64,000 nucleotides of DNA from Felis catus (lineage: Eukaryota): positions 142,662,001-142,726,000 of the forward strand of contig NC_058373.1 in the NCBI RefSeq assembly GCF_018350175.1, given 5' to 3'. The position numbers and the translations under genes are program-made. Every line of letters starts with the position of its first letter. Within the stretch, counting starts at the first letter, position 1. The notes beneath the pieces were generated by a model. That model ran no database searches. It was given only the letters and a program-made list of their open reading frames with translations, and was not told where the DNA came from. This document shows positions 1 to 12,285 of the stretch, piece after piece.

Positions 1-3000
1 CAGATCCCCCCCACCCCAGGGTGGGTGCTTTGCGGCAGGTTTTCTCCCACGGCGCGGTGCCTGTGGGTTTGCTTCGCGGTGTTGTTTTTACATGATGGGG
101 ATGATTTGTCGTATTTTTAATGTGTATTCCGCCCCCCCCCCCCCACATGCCTCTTTTAATATGTATTCTTAAGTAAACAGCCAGGTGTGGGCGGAACCGA
201 TCATGGAAATCTTGTCAGTTTGACCAGTAAGTCCGATTCAGGAGGGGAAGAAAGGAGAATGTTCCACTGGCTCAGAATCATTGGACACCGCCCCCCACCA
301 ACTGCCAAGGTAGCGAATCGACCATGAGCTCGTTCAATGCTTCTGGGTCAACGCTGGGAGCCTGCTGACCCGCCAGGACCCGGCTCCCGGGGTCCCAAGG
401 TGAACAGCCACCACCAGCAGCCTCTCTGATAACACGGAGGGTCCCTGGGGCTTCCGTGGGGGCAGGTGGGGACCCGGGGAGGGGAGGAAGCTCCCTTCCA
501 GCTGCGGTTCTCTACGGCTGAGAAAGGCAGAGACAGACCTAAGGGCTGTGAAGTTTCCGTGCTGGAAAGGCGTTCTGGGTGGGGGAACAGCCACCACAGA
601 AGGCAGGACTGCAGAGGAGAAGGACAAGCAGCCCTGGGTCCTGCTTTATCCGGAGCGCTTTTAGCCTGTCGTGCCCCACGCGCTCTTCGAAGGAGGACCT
701 CTCCACGGTTACCGCCCATTGGACCTCCACGCTCCGGACTGCTTCCTTCGGGAAGCCTTCCTTGGTTTCTGGGACGGAGACAGGTCTCCTTCTCCAGGCC
801 TGCAACACGTACCACTAGTGAGATGCCAAATCCGTGTCATATACTCCTTCGTGTGCACCGCCTCTCTGCTCCCCAGGGTCTGAGTCCCGTGGGGCGGGGG
901 CTGCTCTGCTCACGGACCCCCGTGCCAAGCCCCGTGCCTGCCCACAGTGGTGGCGCTCTCTGGAAGAAGGAAGGCTTTCAGAGACTCCAGACCTGTCAAC
1001 CCACCTGACAAGTAGTGAGTAGGAGGCACGGGCCCCCGTGCCCCCTGCCTGGCCAGACCCCGGCCTCTGCCGTCCCCTTGGCTCTCCGTTACTTCGCTGC
1101 CGAGTTCTGGGCACGGAGAGGAAGTTTCTAGCCACTCTGGCTTTTTGCTTCTTTCTCTTTTTTTTCTGGTGACCTTTCCGTGTAATTAAAAGGCAGCTAT
1201 TCCGGGAGACGAGGCAGCCGGAAGCGGAGACGCTGATCTCTGTGTACGTGTGTGGAAATTTATTGTCTGGAGCGCAGGATTCTGCTCGAAGCTCCTGTGC
1301 TAACATCATCTGCTGCTTCCCTCAGGGGGAGGGGCCCCCAGCCGGGAAACTGTCCCCTCTGCGGGCCGCAGGCCCACTGTGCGCCCAGCGCACCCGATGT
1401 AGCTTCTCACGGACCCCTGTGCTGCCCCCCTGGGCAGGGTGACTTCTTCTTTTTTCCTCTTTTTTCCTGAGTCACCCGGCAGCCAGGGGACACGCAAGGG
1501 GTCTGTCTGCCTCAGGCCAGGGGGCGGCCCGGGTCGATGGAGCCGTGGTGCCACTGCCTGGAATTTGAGTCTGTGGGCCTTTGAGGCGGCGGATCCCGAG
1601 TCCCTCCGGCAGGGGCAGGGAGCCCTGTGCTGGGGTGCCGCGGGAGAACACAGCGCAGGCCTGCCCTCTCGGAGCTGGATCCCACATCCTGGCCCCTCGC
1701 TGGCCTGCCTGCTGTCTGTGGGGGGCCCTCCCTCACCCTAGAACTACACCCACGAGGCGATATCAAGACGGTGCGTGTCTACTAGCTCGGAGCGGCCGGC
1801 CCAGGACACGGGAGGTACAGCTCTCACCTCGGGGAGCTGGGTTCAAATCCCGGCACCCCACTCCTTCATCTCCCGACTCCGGATGAGAACGCCCCCCGCG
1901 CCCCCACGCTCCTCGGGGCCGCGCTTGCTCCCCTCAGAGGCCGTGTGCACAATGCTTCTCACCCACCCCGGTCTACAGAATCCTGGGAAAGTTAATTTTC
2001 TGGATGGAAACCCTTCCTTGGCTGTACCTTCCCGGGGCTGGTCTGCGGGCCCCTCCGCCCCCGCGCCTCCGGTCAGCACAGGGGAAATAGCATCCCTCCC
2101 CGCAGTCCCCGGGCCTCAGGGCGGAGGGTCTCCAGTCCAGCGGCCCCTGCGCCCCCTGCCCAGCCAGGCCTCCGCCCCTTGGCTCTCCGCAGCCCGCAGC
2201 TGCTGAGGATAATTCACACGCTGGCCAGGGGCCAGCTCCCCTAAGCCACGGAGAATTGCAATTTAGCGAGTTCCTCAAATCCGAGGAGGCAGGAGCCTAG
2301 AAGCGCATCTGCAGCATGAAGCCGTCCCCAGCAGCATCAGGGACCTTCCTTGTCCCCGACCACCTCCGCGCCCCATCCGTTTCCCACAAGCCTGGATTAG
2401 GCACCGGCAGCTGGGCGGGGGATGGGGGCCAGGGGAGCGGGGGTGGGGGGCAGGGCTGGGGGCCCAGACCAGGGGGCTCTGGTCCTCTTGGCTCCAGCCT
2501 TGCCACGTGGCCCCCGGTAGGGTGCAACGTTCTCTGGGCCGTGGATGTCCCACCTGTAAAGGGGGCTGGGGTCCTTCGCTGGTCCGTGCCTCGGCCAGGC
2601 AAAGGCACACCCCAGGCCCGGAAACAGGAGTTGTGGGGAGGTGCCTTTCTGACAGACCCTGGAGTGGAGCAGAAGAGCTCCGGCCCTGTGGGAAGGGGAG
2701 AGTGGAGAGGGCCTTGCAAATGGGGCTCGTGTGAGCAGAGACTCAGGGACGGTAGGGGGAGCATTGTGGGTAAGGTCGGACGCGCAAGGTCTCCAAGATC
2801 TGGAGACTAGTGATGTGGCACCTGGAGTCACCTAAAGAGCCCATCAAGGCATCTGTGAGGTGCGCCAGGCACAGCCACGGCCAGGAACACAAACGGCCCC
2901 TTCTCCAAGAGGAACAGCGTAGGCCTCAGGAACCACGGGGCTGAAGGCCCGATCGCTCCTTCCAGCCTCCCTGGGGAGAGCCCAGGCTGCAGGGGCATGC

Positions 3001-3459
3001 ACAGAATCTCAGAATCCCACACAGAGACTTGCTTGCCTCTAGGGCTGGAGAGCTCACTACCTTACCAGGAGCCCATTCCTCCGTGGAGGTGTGCTCATTG
3101 CTAGGAAAGGGCTTTCTAGACACTGCTCTTGGGCCTCAGTGCCTCTGGAGGTGGTAACCTGACCTTCTTGACCTCTTTCTCCCAGACCAAGCCTCAGGGC
3201 TGCTTCCACCTGTTCCTTGCAAGATGCACCTCCGTGCCTTCTTCTGAATAGGAGTCAGTTGTTCACTTCTCCCTGAACTTTGCATCTGTACCCCAGCGGC
3301 AGTTTGCAGCAGACTTTCGCCTCCCTAGCTATGAACACTATGCTCCTGTTAATTAACCCCCCGGCCACTGGTGGCTTTTTCTAATTCTTCATCACAGTGT
3401 TGCCTCCCGTACAGAATGGGGCTGGTCGTTCCGGTGGTAGAAATGAATGAAGCACATTC

Positions 3460-3560
3460 AGCTTAGGGAAACTGAGGCCCAGAGGGGAAAGGCCCTGCTC
3501 CAAGTTACAGAGGGCATCCAAGGCAGAGCCGGGAAGAGCACCAGGGCTCCTAACTTCTGC
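3460..3560 (-). mobile_element. MIR fragment
   Basis: Core gaaactgaggcccagagggg...ctccaagttacagag...ggcagagccggga. Confidence 0.6.
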
Positions 3561-6229
3561 CTGTCCACTTAGTACACAGTTCCTCCAACTAGACAGAAAG
3601 GCGGGCCTCCCTCCCTCCCTCCCTCCCTTCCTGAGAACCTCTCAGCTAAGCCAGGGAAGGTGAAGCCCACGGCCTTCAGATGGTCATGATTATCGGTGGA
3701 GGGGTGAGTGCAGAGGGGAGGGACCCCGGCCCCTCGTCCCACTAGCTGTTCCAGGGAATCAGCTGCGCCCAGGGGCCTGGGGGCCAAGGTCCTGCACGGC
3801 CGACCTCGTCCAACTCATTCTGCAAGCTCTGGGTGTTTCCAGGGATGGCTGGGGCCTGCACATTCCTTTCTGCTGAGGGAGCTCCCCGGCAAGCGGGGAG
3901 AGGAACCAGCCAGCTCCAGGAGGCTTTGTGGTGGGAAAGGAAGGACAGCTTACGTTCACGGGGAGGTCAATGTGTGCCAGCTGCCGGGAGGGCACGTCTC
4001 CTGCGCCACTTGAGGGAGTGGGAACCACATTCTTCTGTCGCCAAGGAGGGCAGTGACTTGATGCAGGAGGTGACAGGGGTGGTCCCCTTCCAGGACTGTT
4101 GACAAATGACGTCGTTCTGGAAGGGCCGGCGAGTGCCCACCCTGTGTCCAAGCCACGTGGCCACGTGCCGGCAGACCTGGGATTCGGACCTGGGCCCACC
4201 AGCCACGGCGGCTCCTTCAGGGTAAGGAGCCTTTCGGAGCGATGGCTTTTCCTGCATTGCCACCAGCCTGCTCCCCAACCTAGAGGCTCCCCGTGGTCCT
4301 GGGGACTCGGGGGATGTGGGGCTGCAGCCCCTGCCCACGTCCCAGTGGGGAAGGTCCCACGGTGGAAAGCCGGAGCCGACTGCCCCTGAACCCGAGGCTC
4401 CCCTCCCCTTCCCTATCCCCTCTCCTGCTGCCAGGGCCACACGGGTGTCCTGTGGGCAGGCCGCCGCCACCGCCGTGGAGGGCTGGCCCGCAGCCCTCGA
4501 CTTTCCACCAACTAATAATTTTTACAAACCTCCAGCCTCGTAAAAAAGTGCACAGTGGCCTGAACAACCTTGGCCAGGAGCCTTGTGGGAAAGCGGAAGG
4601 CACTGAGGCCAGGCGCAGGCGATCTCGGCCAAAGGCCACTTCCTGCCTCTACTCGAGATCTTGCCTCAGGCTTCAGACCCGACCACGTCCCCTGGGGCCC
4701 TCAGGGGAAAGGCTGCCCTCTGCCAACGAGACTCAGAGAGGCCCTCCGCCCTGGCCATCCTGCCCCCCGCCAGCCCCGACTCCCTTCTGCCGAGAGGTCT
4801 GCTGCCTCTGACCCACCCTGTGTTTCCTGCTGAGTGCAGGCCTCTGCCTGCATCCCCAGGATCCCCTTCCTGTCGCTCCATCAGGGGTGCAGAGATAATG
4901 ACACATCCTTATCCCAGAGGGGCTCTGAGAGCCACAGACACACAGCTGGGCTGAGACCCCAGGACAGCGGTCGTGGGGGAGCGTGGCAGAAAGAGAAGGG
5001 CCAGGCCTCCAGGCAGACCCTCCCCCAGGAGGCAAGGCCAAGGGCAAGAGCCAGGCCAGTGAACAGTCTGGGAGAAGTTCCCAAAGAGGCAGAAAGAGAA
5101 GAAACAGGTGGGGCCCAAAACCGGAGGAAGGGTGTTCTAACTGGAGGGAATGATCAGCTGTCTGGGGGTGGGCAATGGCAGGGGTGAGGAGGGGTGATCA
5201 TCACATTTCACGACCCGGGGGGGGGGGCAGGAGGCTCGAGCACTCTGGGAAGAGGGAGTGGGGAGCAGTTAATGCGCCGGCCCCGTAACCCTGGCGCTCA
5301 GATGAGCGCCCGAGGGTGGAGGGGTGTCTCCAGCTCCTTCTCACCCCTCCATCCCCCTGCCGGGGGTGTCCTCGAGGGGCTCCACGTCCGCTGGACCTCC
5401 ATTTGCTCCAGGGAGGCCAGCTGGGGCAGCGGGGCGGGGAGGCCAGTGCCCCCTGCAAAATGGGGGCGTGACCGCAGGCTCCCTGGGGCGTGGGAAGATT
5501 TTCCCGCACCTGCAGGAGGTGCTCAGGGCGCCTTGGGGGCCACCTCGTAGCTGTAGGTGGAGATCCAGGGCTCCCTTGCCGGGAGCCCTCTCTGGAAGCC
5601 TGATTTATGGGCCCGCCCCTTGGCGCACACGGGTCTGGCCCTTCTCTAAGTGCGTGTTCAATCAAATTAAAAGTGCCTGAGGTCAGAGGAATCATCAATT
5701 ACCTAAGTCTCTTGGCAGCTGTCCCCGGCTCCATGCGCCAGAGAGGCTGGGAGGGCATCGTTCCCCTCCCGCCCACAGACCGGCCGGTGTGGGGACAGCC
5801 CGGCCTCCAGGAGGGCCCGCTGGCCTCAGTGAACCCATCTGTAAGTGGGGGGGGGGGGGGAGCTGTGTAGGAGAACCAGAGGCCTGTGTCCTCCGAATCT
5901 TGGTTCTGGGGCCTTCTGGGGCTTGGCTGCAGAGAGGAGGGGCCCGTGTGGGTCTACAGTGCGTGGAAGGCCTCTAGGACTTGTCGTGAGCGTTGCCCTG
6001 GCCAGGGTCTTCCTCCAGCTGGCCTCAAAGCTAGGCCCCGGGCCTGGACACAGCAGGCCCAGGGGGAGAGTCTGGGAGTGCAAACCTACCTCCTCCCCTT
6101 CTGCACGGCACTGCCCTCTGGGTCTCGGAGTTTCTTCTGGAAACCTCTCTCAGGCTCAAAGAGAGAGGTCAGCGTGCGAAGGAGGCAAACAGCGCTCCCA
6201 GCCTCATCCGCATTTTTAAAACGTGCTCT

Positions 6230-6435
6230 GGGGGCGCCTGGGTGAAAGGTCGGTTAAGCGCCCGGCTTCGGCTCAGGTCATGATCTCACGGTTCATGGGT
6301 TCGAGCCCCGCGTCGGGCTCCGTGCTGACAGCTCGGGGCCCGGAGCCTGGCTTCGGATTCCGTGTCTCCCTCTCTCTCTGCCCCTCCCCGGCTCGTGCTC
6401 TGTCTCTCAAAAATAAACAGATGTTAAAAAAGTTG
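6230..6435 (+). mobile_element. Can-SINE (SINEC_Fc-type)
   Basis: GGGGCGCCTGGGT head, tRNA-derived B box GGTTCGAGCCC, (CT)n, A tail. Imperfect TSD aaaacgtgctctg/aaaacatgccctg. Confidence 0.92.
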
Positions 6436-6449
6436 AAAACATGCCCTGT

Positions 6450-6905
6450 ATTTGCTATTTGCTCTGCCGCAGCGGCGTGATCCACGACGGCCAAAAGGTG
6501 GAAGCTACGCCCCTTTCGGAGGAGCGGCCAGACAAGACGTGGTCCCAACCGGACCGCGGGGGCTGCGCAGCCCTCGTGAGGAAGGAGATTCTGACCCCTG
6601 CCACAACGTGGGGGGACCTTGAGGACGTCATGCCGAGTAAAGGAAGCCAGACACAGACTGACAAATACCGTGTGATTCCCCTTCGGTGAGGGCCCTAGCG
6701 CGTTCAGGTCGGCAGAGACAGAAAGTGGGTGGGGGGCAGGGGCAGGGGGATGGGGGTTGCCATCTCATGGGGACAGAGTCTCAGTTTGGGGAGACGAAAG
6801 TCTGGGGGTGGACGGGAACGTGCTTGGTGGCACTGAGGCCGCGTGCTTTACGGCGGTTAAGATGGTAAATTTTACGAGCTGCGCGCGTGTGTGTTTTTAC
6901 CAGAA
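6450..6905 (+). mobile_element. Old L1 (L1MB-like) 3' end fragment
   Basis: Recognisable blocks ccaaaaggtggaagc, aggaaggagattctgac, ccttgaggac, agagacagaaagt, ggttaagatggtaaatttta. Confidence 0.8.
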
Positions 6906-7665
6906 GAAGAAAGCCACGATTTGTATCTCGTTAAGAGTTCATTCAATCCACGCGGTTCGAAAGAGAAACGTGCTTCCCAGTCCACACAGCCGGATGGCGT
7001 GTGCCCGCAGCCCGAACACCCTTTCTCTTTGCTTCTCTTCTCCCTTCCCTCTGTGCATGTCAGTCACAGCCCCCTCCTTAGGGAAAGGTCTCCCAGTGAA
7101 GCCCGGGTCTCCTGGCGTCCTGCCCAGAGCTCCCGGGAAGGGGCTGGCCTGGGAAGAGACCGCGGAAGGTAGGGGTCTCGGCGACACCCTTCCAGCTGGA
7201 AAACCAGGCCATCGAAGCTGTCAGCTGCCCGCCGGGCCGGGCCCGGAGAAGAACAATCATTAGATGCACCAGGGTTGTGCGCCCCCTCGGCCCCTGTAAT
7301 ATCAGACACTTTCCGAGACCTCCACTGTCTCCCCGCTCGGCTGACGCCAGCCTTTAAAGAACAAGCAGGTTGGGGAACGGAATTAATTTCCTAAAATTGA
7401 ACGTTGTGTCGAGGAGTCACCTCCCGACCTCTTGCCAGGGAGGAAGGAGAAATGGGCCTTTGGTCTGGGCGCTCCCGACAGCCTGTGACAGCCCTTCACT
7501 CCAGTCGTCAGTTCTGGCTCGAACCATTCGGAATTGCCCTCACCGTAGGGCGCCTGACCACCAAGGGCGCTAAGCAACGTCCGCGCTTGTAACGACAGCC
7601 CCCAGGTCAGGGAAGATGTGATGGGATCCTCACCACAAGTGCACTGGGAGGCTTGACGCGGCCAG

Positions 7666-7858
7666 GGGGCGCCTGGGACTTCGGCTCAGGTCACGATCTC
7701 GCGGTCTGTGAGTTCGAGCCCCGTGTCGGGCTCTGTGCTGACAGCACGGAGCCTGCTTGGTATGCTCTGTCCCCCTCTCTCTCGGCCCCTCCCCTCTCAT
7801 GCTCTCTCTCTCTCTCTCTCTCAAAATAAATAAATAAGTAAATAAACTTAAAAAAAAA
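7666..7858 (+). mobile_element. Can-SINE with deletion in the A-box region
   Basis: ggggcgcctgg is joined directly to gacttcggctcaggtc, then (CT)n and A tail. Confidence 0.88.
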
Positions 7859-7862
7859 TCTT

Positions 7863-8100
7863 GGGGCGCCTGAGTGGCTCAGTCAGTAAAGCGTCTGACT
7901 TTGGCTCAGATCACGATCTCACAGTTCACGGGTTCAAGCCCCGCGTCGGGCTCTGTGCTGACAGCTCAGAGCCCGGAGCCTGTTTTGGATTCTGTGTCTC
8001 CCTCTCTCTCTGACCCTCCCCAATTCATGCTCTGTCTCTGTCTCAAAAATAAACATTAAAAAAAAATTTTTTTAATAAAAAATAAAAATAAAAATAAAAT
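7863..8100 (+). mobile_element. Can-SINE (SINEC_Fc-type)
   Basis: Full head, body and A-rich tail. Confidence 0.92.
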
Positions 8101-8102
8101 CA

Positions 8103-8336
8103 GGGTGCCTGGGTGGCTCAGTCGGTTAAGCGTCCAACTTCAGCTCAGGTCATGATCTTGCAGTTAATGGGTTCGAGCCCCGCGTCAGGCTCTGTGCTGA
8201 CAGCCGGGAGCCCGGAGCCTGCTTCGGATTCTGTGTCTGTGTCTCTCTCTGCCCCTCCCCAGCTTGTGCTCTCCTCTCTCTCTGTGTCTCAATAGTAAAT
8301 AAACAAACTTAAAAAAATTATTAAAAGAAAAGAAAA
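8103..8336 (+). mobile_element. Can-SINE (SINEC_Fc-type)
   Basis: Full head, body and A-rich tail; third of a head-to-tail series. Confidence 0.92.
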
Positions 8337-8339
8337 TGG

Positions 8340-8570
8340 CGCGGCCCCTTTGCAAACGAACACGAAAACGCAAAGAAAGAGGTACCAAAGTGCCGAGGCC
8401 GTCCAGCCCAGCCGTCCCGCTTCTGGAAGCGTGCTCCTAAGAAAACCACCCGGGAGAAGCAAAAAGGCGTTTGCCTGGAGTCGCTCACTGCACGGGGCGT
8501 CAGAGTCCGAAAAACCAGGATCGACCCACCCGCGTAATGATGGGGACTCAACTAAGCCGGTGAGGAGCCA
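8340..8570 (+). mobile_element. Highly diverged L1ME-like fragment
   Basis: cccagccgtcccgcttctggaagcgtgctcctaagaaaa resembles the L1M motif cccagcaattccacttctaggaatttatcctaaggaaa. Confidence 0.45.
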
Positions 8571-8776
8571 GAGGGAGGCAGAGCTCCTGGCCGGCCCAAG
8601 CAGTCCCCCCGAGAAGGGAAAATCAGACGGGCGGTGCCCGAGCCCCTGGCGACAACGCCACCCACGTGGGCCCGGCCACGGGAGATGTTCCACCGGAGAG
8701 TGTTACTGGGTTAGTCACACTGTAGTTAAAATATGTCAGGTGCTCTGCTCCAGAGTGAAAACTTCAGGGATTAGGC

Positions 8777-8830
8777 GTGTGTGTGTGTGTGCGTGTGTGC
8801 GTGTGTGTGTGTGCGTGTGCGTGTGTGTGT
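8777..8830. repeat. (TG)n/(CG) microsatellite
   Basis: gtgtgtgtgt...gcgtgtgtgc run. Confidence 0.9.
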
Positions 8831-9586
8831 TCATGCTTTTCTTAAAACTGGAGAACAGAGCTGGCTAATGGCACTCGACAAGGTAAAACACAAAAAGCAG
8901 ACGCGATGTGCTTTGACTGCGCAGGCAGAAAGCAGACAGGATGGGCGGAGCTCAGAAAAGTGGAGGTGGCGGGATGGGGTGTGGGGTCACGACGTGCTTC
9001 CCCCTCTTGTCAAAATTGCCTCTCATGCTGAATGCTCTTCTTTTTAGGTGAGAAAAACAAGAAAGCTGCACCCACTATGTGTTCAGACTTGTGGGTTTGA
9101 CTCACGCTTTCCGCCCCCTCCCCCGCCCCAGGGCCCGGAGGGGAACAAACCCTCCTGCTCACCCCCTGCCATCTCCGACCCCTGTCCGGCTGCCCTGGGC
9201 CCAGCCGGCACCGGCGGGGAGGGAGGGTAGCGGCATCCTTGCAGGGGGGAGTTGGGGGCTGCTCTGGGGCACAGGGCCCGCCCCCAGCTGACGATGCCCG
9301 CTGGCTCCATCCCCCTCCCCCCCTGCTAACGCTATCTGCCTCCCCCCCAGGGGCCCTCCCCAGGCCTGCAACCTCCTTGCCAGGAAGGCGGGTCGGGTGC
9401 CTCCTTCTGGGCCTGACGGGCCCCCAGCGGGCAGCCCCTTCTCCTAGTCCTCCTTTTTCCCAGAATGCCTTGGACCGTTCATCACCCTGGGGGCCCCAGA
9501 GCACAGAGAGGCTCAAGCAGGTGCTGTCTCTCAGGACCTCCCTCCCGGATCTGACACTCGAGACCTTTTTTAAATAGATATTTAAA

Positions 9587-9797
9587 ATTTTTTTTTCAAC
9601 GTTTATTTATTTTGGGGACAGAGAGAGACAGAGCATGAACGGGGGAGGGGCAGAGAGAGGGAGACACAGAATCGGAAGCAGGCTCCAGGCTCTGAGCCAT
9701 CAGCCCAGAGCCTGACGCGGGGCTCGAACTCACGGACCGCGAGATCGTGACCTGGCTGAAGTCGGACGCTTAACCGACTACGCCACCCAGGCGCCCC
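9587..9797 (-). mobile_element. Young SINEC_Fc with perfect 17-bp TSD
   Basis: TSD ttaaatagatatttaaa at 9570-9586 and 9798-9814; near-consensus felid SINE. Confidence 0.95.
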
Positions 9798-9827
9798 TTA
9801 AATAGATATTTAAACAAAATTCTTTTA

Positions 9828-9919
9828 GGGGCACCTGGGCGGCTCAGTCGCCTGAGCGTCCGACTCCGGCTCAGGTCGTGATCTCGCGGTTTGTGCGTTC
9901 GAGCCCCGCGTCGGGCTGT

Positions 9920-9956
<37 letters not shown>

Positions 9957-9975
9957 AATAAATAAATATTAAAAA
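9828..9975 (+). mobile_element. Can-SINE, internally deleted
   Basis: Head through the B box, then jumps to (CT)n and A tail. Confidence 0.88.
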
Positions 9976-10194
9976 TTTTTTTAATTTTTTAAAATTTTAT
10001 TTATTTTTGAGAGAGAGGGAGACAGAGCATGAGCAGGGGAGGAGCAGAGAGAGAGGGAAACACAGAAGCCGAAGCAGGATCCAAGCTCTGAGCTGTCAGC
10101 ACAGAGCCCAACGTGGGGCTCGAACCCACGAACCGTGAGATCACGACCTGAGCCGAAGCAGGACGCTCAAGCGACTGAGCCAGCCAGGCTCCCC
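9976..10194 (-). mobile_element. Can-SINE
   Basis: Reverse-complement SINE. Candidate TSD agaccttttt at 9561-9570 and 10196-10205. Confidence 0.9.
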
Positions 10195-12184
10195 AAGACC
10201 TTTTTAATTCTAGAAGAGACAGATTAGCGACGAGGGCCTCTGTGCGGGCCGCTCCCGACAGGCGGCCAAGGAAGGCGCAGGGAGGGACTGAGAGGGAGAG
10301 GCGGTCCTGTGTCCTCAGGGGAAGAAACCTCAGGGTTGAGTCCCCCAGGGCAGCCCTCCCGGCTCGCTGCGAATGTGGTCTCGGGGGGACTCGTGTCACA
10401 CACACGCCCGCCACAGGGAGACCCAGGGTGGGGGCCCTGGCAGGTGGCCTGTGCAGCTGTGTGTGCGGGTTGCAAAGCCGGGCGCTGAGGTTGGGACGCG
10501 GCATCGTTCAGGACCCGTCGGTTGCAGACACGCCTCAGCTTCTTGTCGACAGTGGGTCTCTCTCAGGCAGGCGCCGGTGGGGGGAGGGAGGTTTCCCAGG
10601 GGCCCTCCTGTGACCTCAGGGTGGCCAGTCCCGGGGAACCCCCCCCCCCGGGAGCCACAGCCTTGGCTCCGTCGGTCCCCCTGCGGGCCCAGAGCGCCGA
10701 GGACACGTGGAGATAGACGTCCCAGCCTCCCCGCTGCCCTGCACCCCGGAATCACACGGCACTGTCACCTGGGCCCCCAGCGCGCCCTCTGCCCCTCTCC
10801 ACCCTCACAGCCGTGGCTCCGGCGAGGCCACGTGGTCTCCCGCCTGGACTGTGCTCTACGTCCCAGGTCGCAACTCAAGTCCACCGTGAGCTGGGACGGG
10901 CTGTGTAGAGCCTCACTCTGACCGAGCCGCCCTCCGCCCAGCCCCTCCAGCCGGGCCCCAGCAGCCTCAGGCGACAGCTTCTCCACCCGGCCTTGCCTCC
11001 CCCCGGCCCCCGGGCTGCACCTCGGCTAGTCCTCACGCCCAGGCCTTCACGTCCCCACCCTCGCTGCCCCCCTCCCCCCATTGCCTGGCTACCCTATCCC
11101 TCCTGAGGCTCAGCCCACCCGTTCCCTCCTCCAGGAAGCCCCCCCGACCACCTCCCTCGTAGAACTTGGCATCCACGTTGGGGCGAGCTCTCTCCTTGTG
11201 ACTCCCATCCCCACCCCGGCCTAAGTGGGTTCCGCTCAGAGCAGCGGTGAGTCAAGGACGGACGAATAAATGGCTGTGAAGAAATGAGCGAGAGGATGAG
11301 TGCACGTATCACTGTGGGGACGAGAGGGGCCTCCGCAGGCCCGGGGGCCGGCAGAGGGTAGAGCCCAGCAGGCCTTCCTCCCCACTCCTCATCACGATCA
11401 CAGGGCCTCTGATTCATTCCCCAGCGCCAGGCTTCCCAGTACAAAGCAGAGCTTCGGTCTCCGGCCCGCACTCCCTCCCTGCTGTCAGTGTGGGCATGAC
11501 TTAGGAGCCTCTCAGCCCCTGTCCCCTGGGCCCGGGGGGATTCATCACCCTGTCGCCGGGGGTGGGGGGGGGAAGGCCAAGGCCAGCGGGCTGGTGGGCA
11601 CCAGCAGGGAGGGAGAGACCCCGGCATTTGCTTCCCCGAGGCCCTGAGGGCATGTGGGGGGGGGGGCTGGTGCCGCGTCCCTGGGGGTGTTAACGGTACC
11701 CCCTGCCCCGTGCCTGCACAACCGTGAGCGCCTGCGCGGGGCCTCGCATTAGTATTCCCTGTACAGACGCTTGCAAAGAAATGACTCACACACCAGTTGA
11801 CTAATTTGAAAGTAAGCTGTTTTTGCTGCAAGTGGAAAGGTTCAGTGAATCTTAAAAACTAAGGGATGGGGATTTTATTCCTTGTTCTAGAGCTTTCCTT
11901 CTGCAGGGAGGGCGACCCTGCCACCAAATGTCTCTGGTTGGCTTCACCTGCAGCGGCCGCGGTTGGGGGACCGGGGCCAGTTAACCTCCTCTCCTCGGGA
12001 CAGCGGGGACGCATTCCATCAGGACGGACCCCACAGGCCACACCCACTGCACAGGACACACATCGGTGGCATGGGGGGGGGGCAGGCCGCAGCTCTGCAG
12101 AGTCCACCTGCCCAACACCGTTCCTCTTGGGAGGGGGCAGATTGCCCCAGGGGGGTGCGTCTTACGGCCTGAAGGGCTGCTCTC

Positions 12185-12285
12185 CCCCTATTTTACAGAC
12201 AGGCGGTCGAGAGGCACAGAGAGGTAAATAATTCATCTGAGGTCACACAGCCGCTATGGACAGAAGGCGGGAGTATAACCAGGGC
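12185..12285 (-). mobile_element. MIR fragment
   Basis: cctattttacagac...gaggcacagagaggtaaataattcatctgaggtcacacagc. Confidence 0.65.

Noticed and set aside
1-6000. Possible orthologue of a lncRNA upstream of human DLK1
   Set aside because: I cannot identify exons or a promoter from sequence alone.
6230-6320. tRNA-like A/B boxes
   Set aside because: These are heads of tRNA-derived Can-SINEs, not tRNA genes.
7659-7673. CTCF-like GGCCAGGGGGCGCC at a SINE junction (also 1514-1527)
   Set aside because: The near-invariant second C of the core is G in both.
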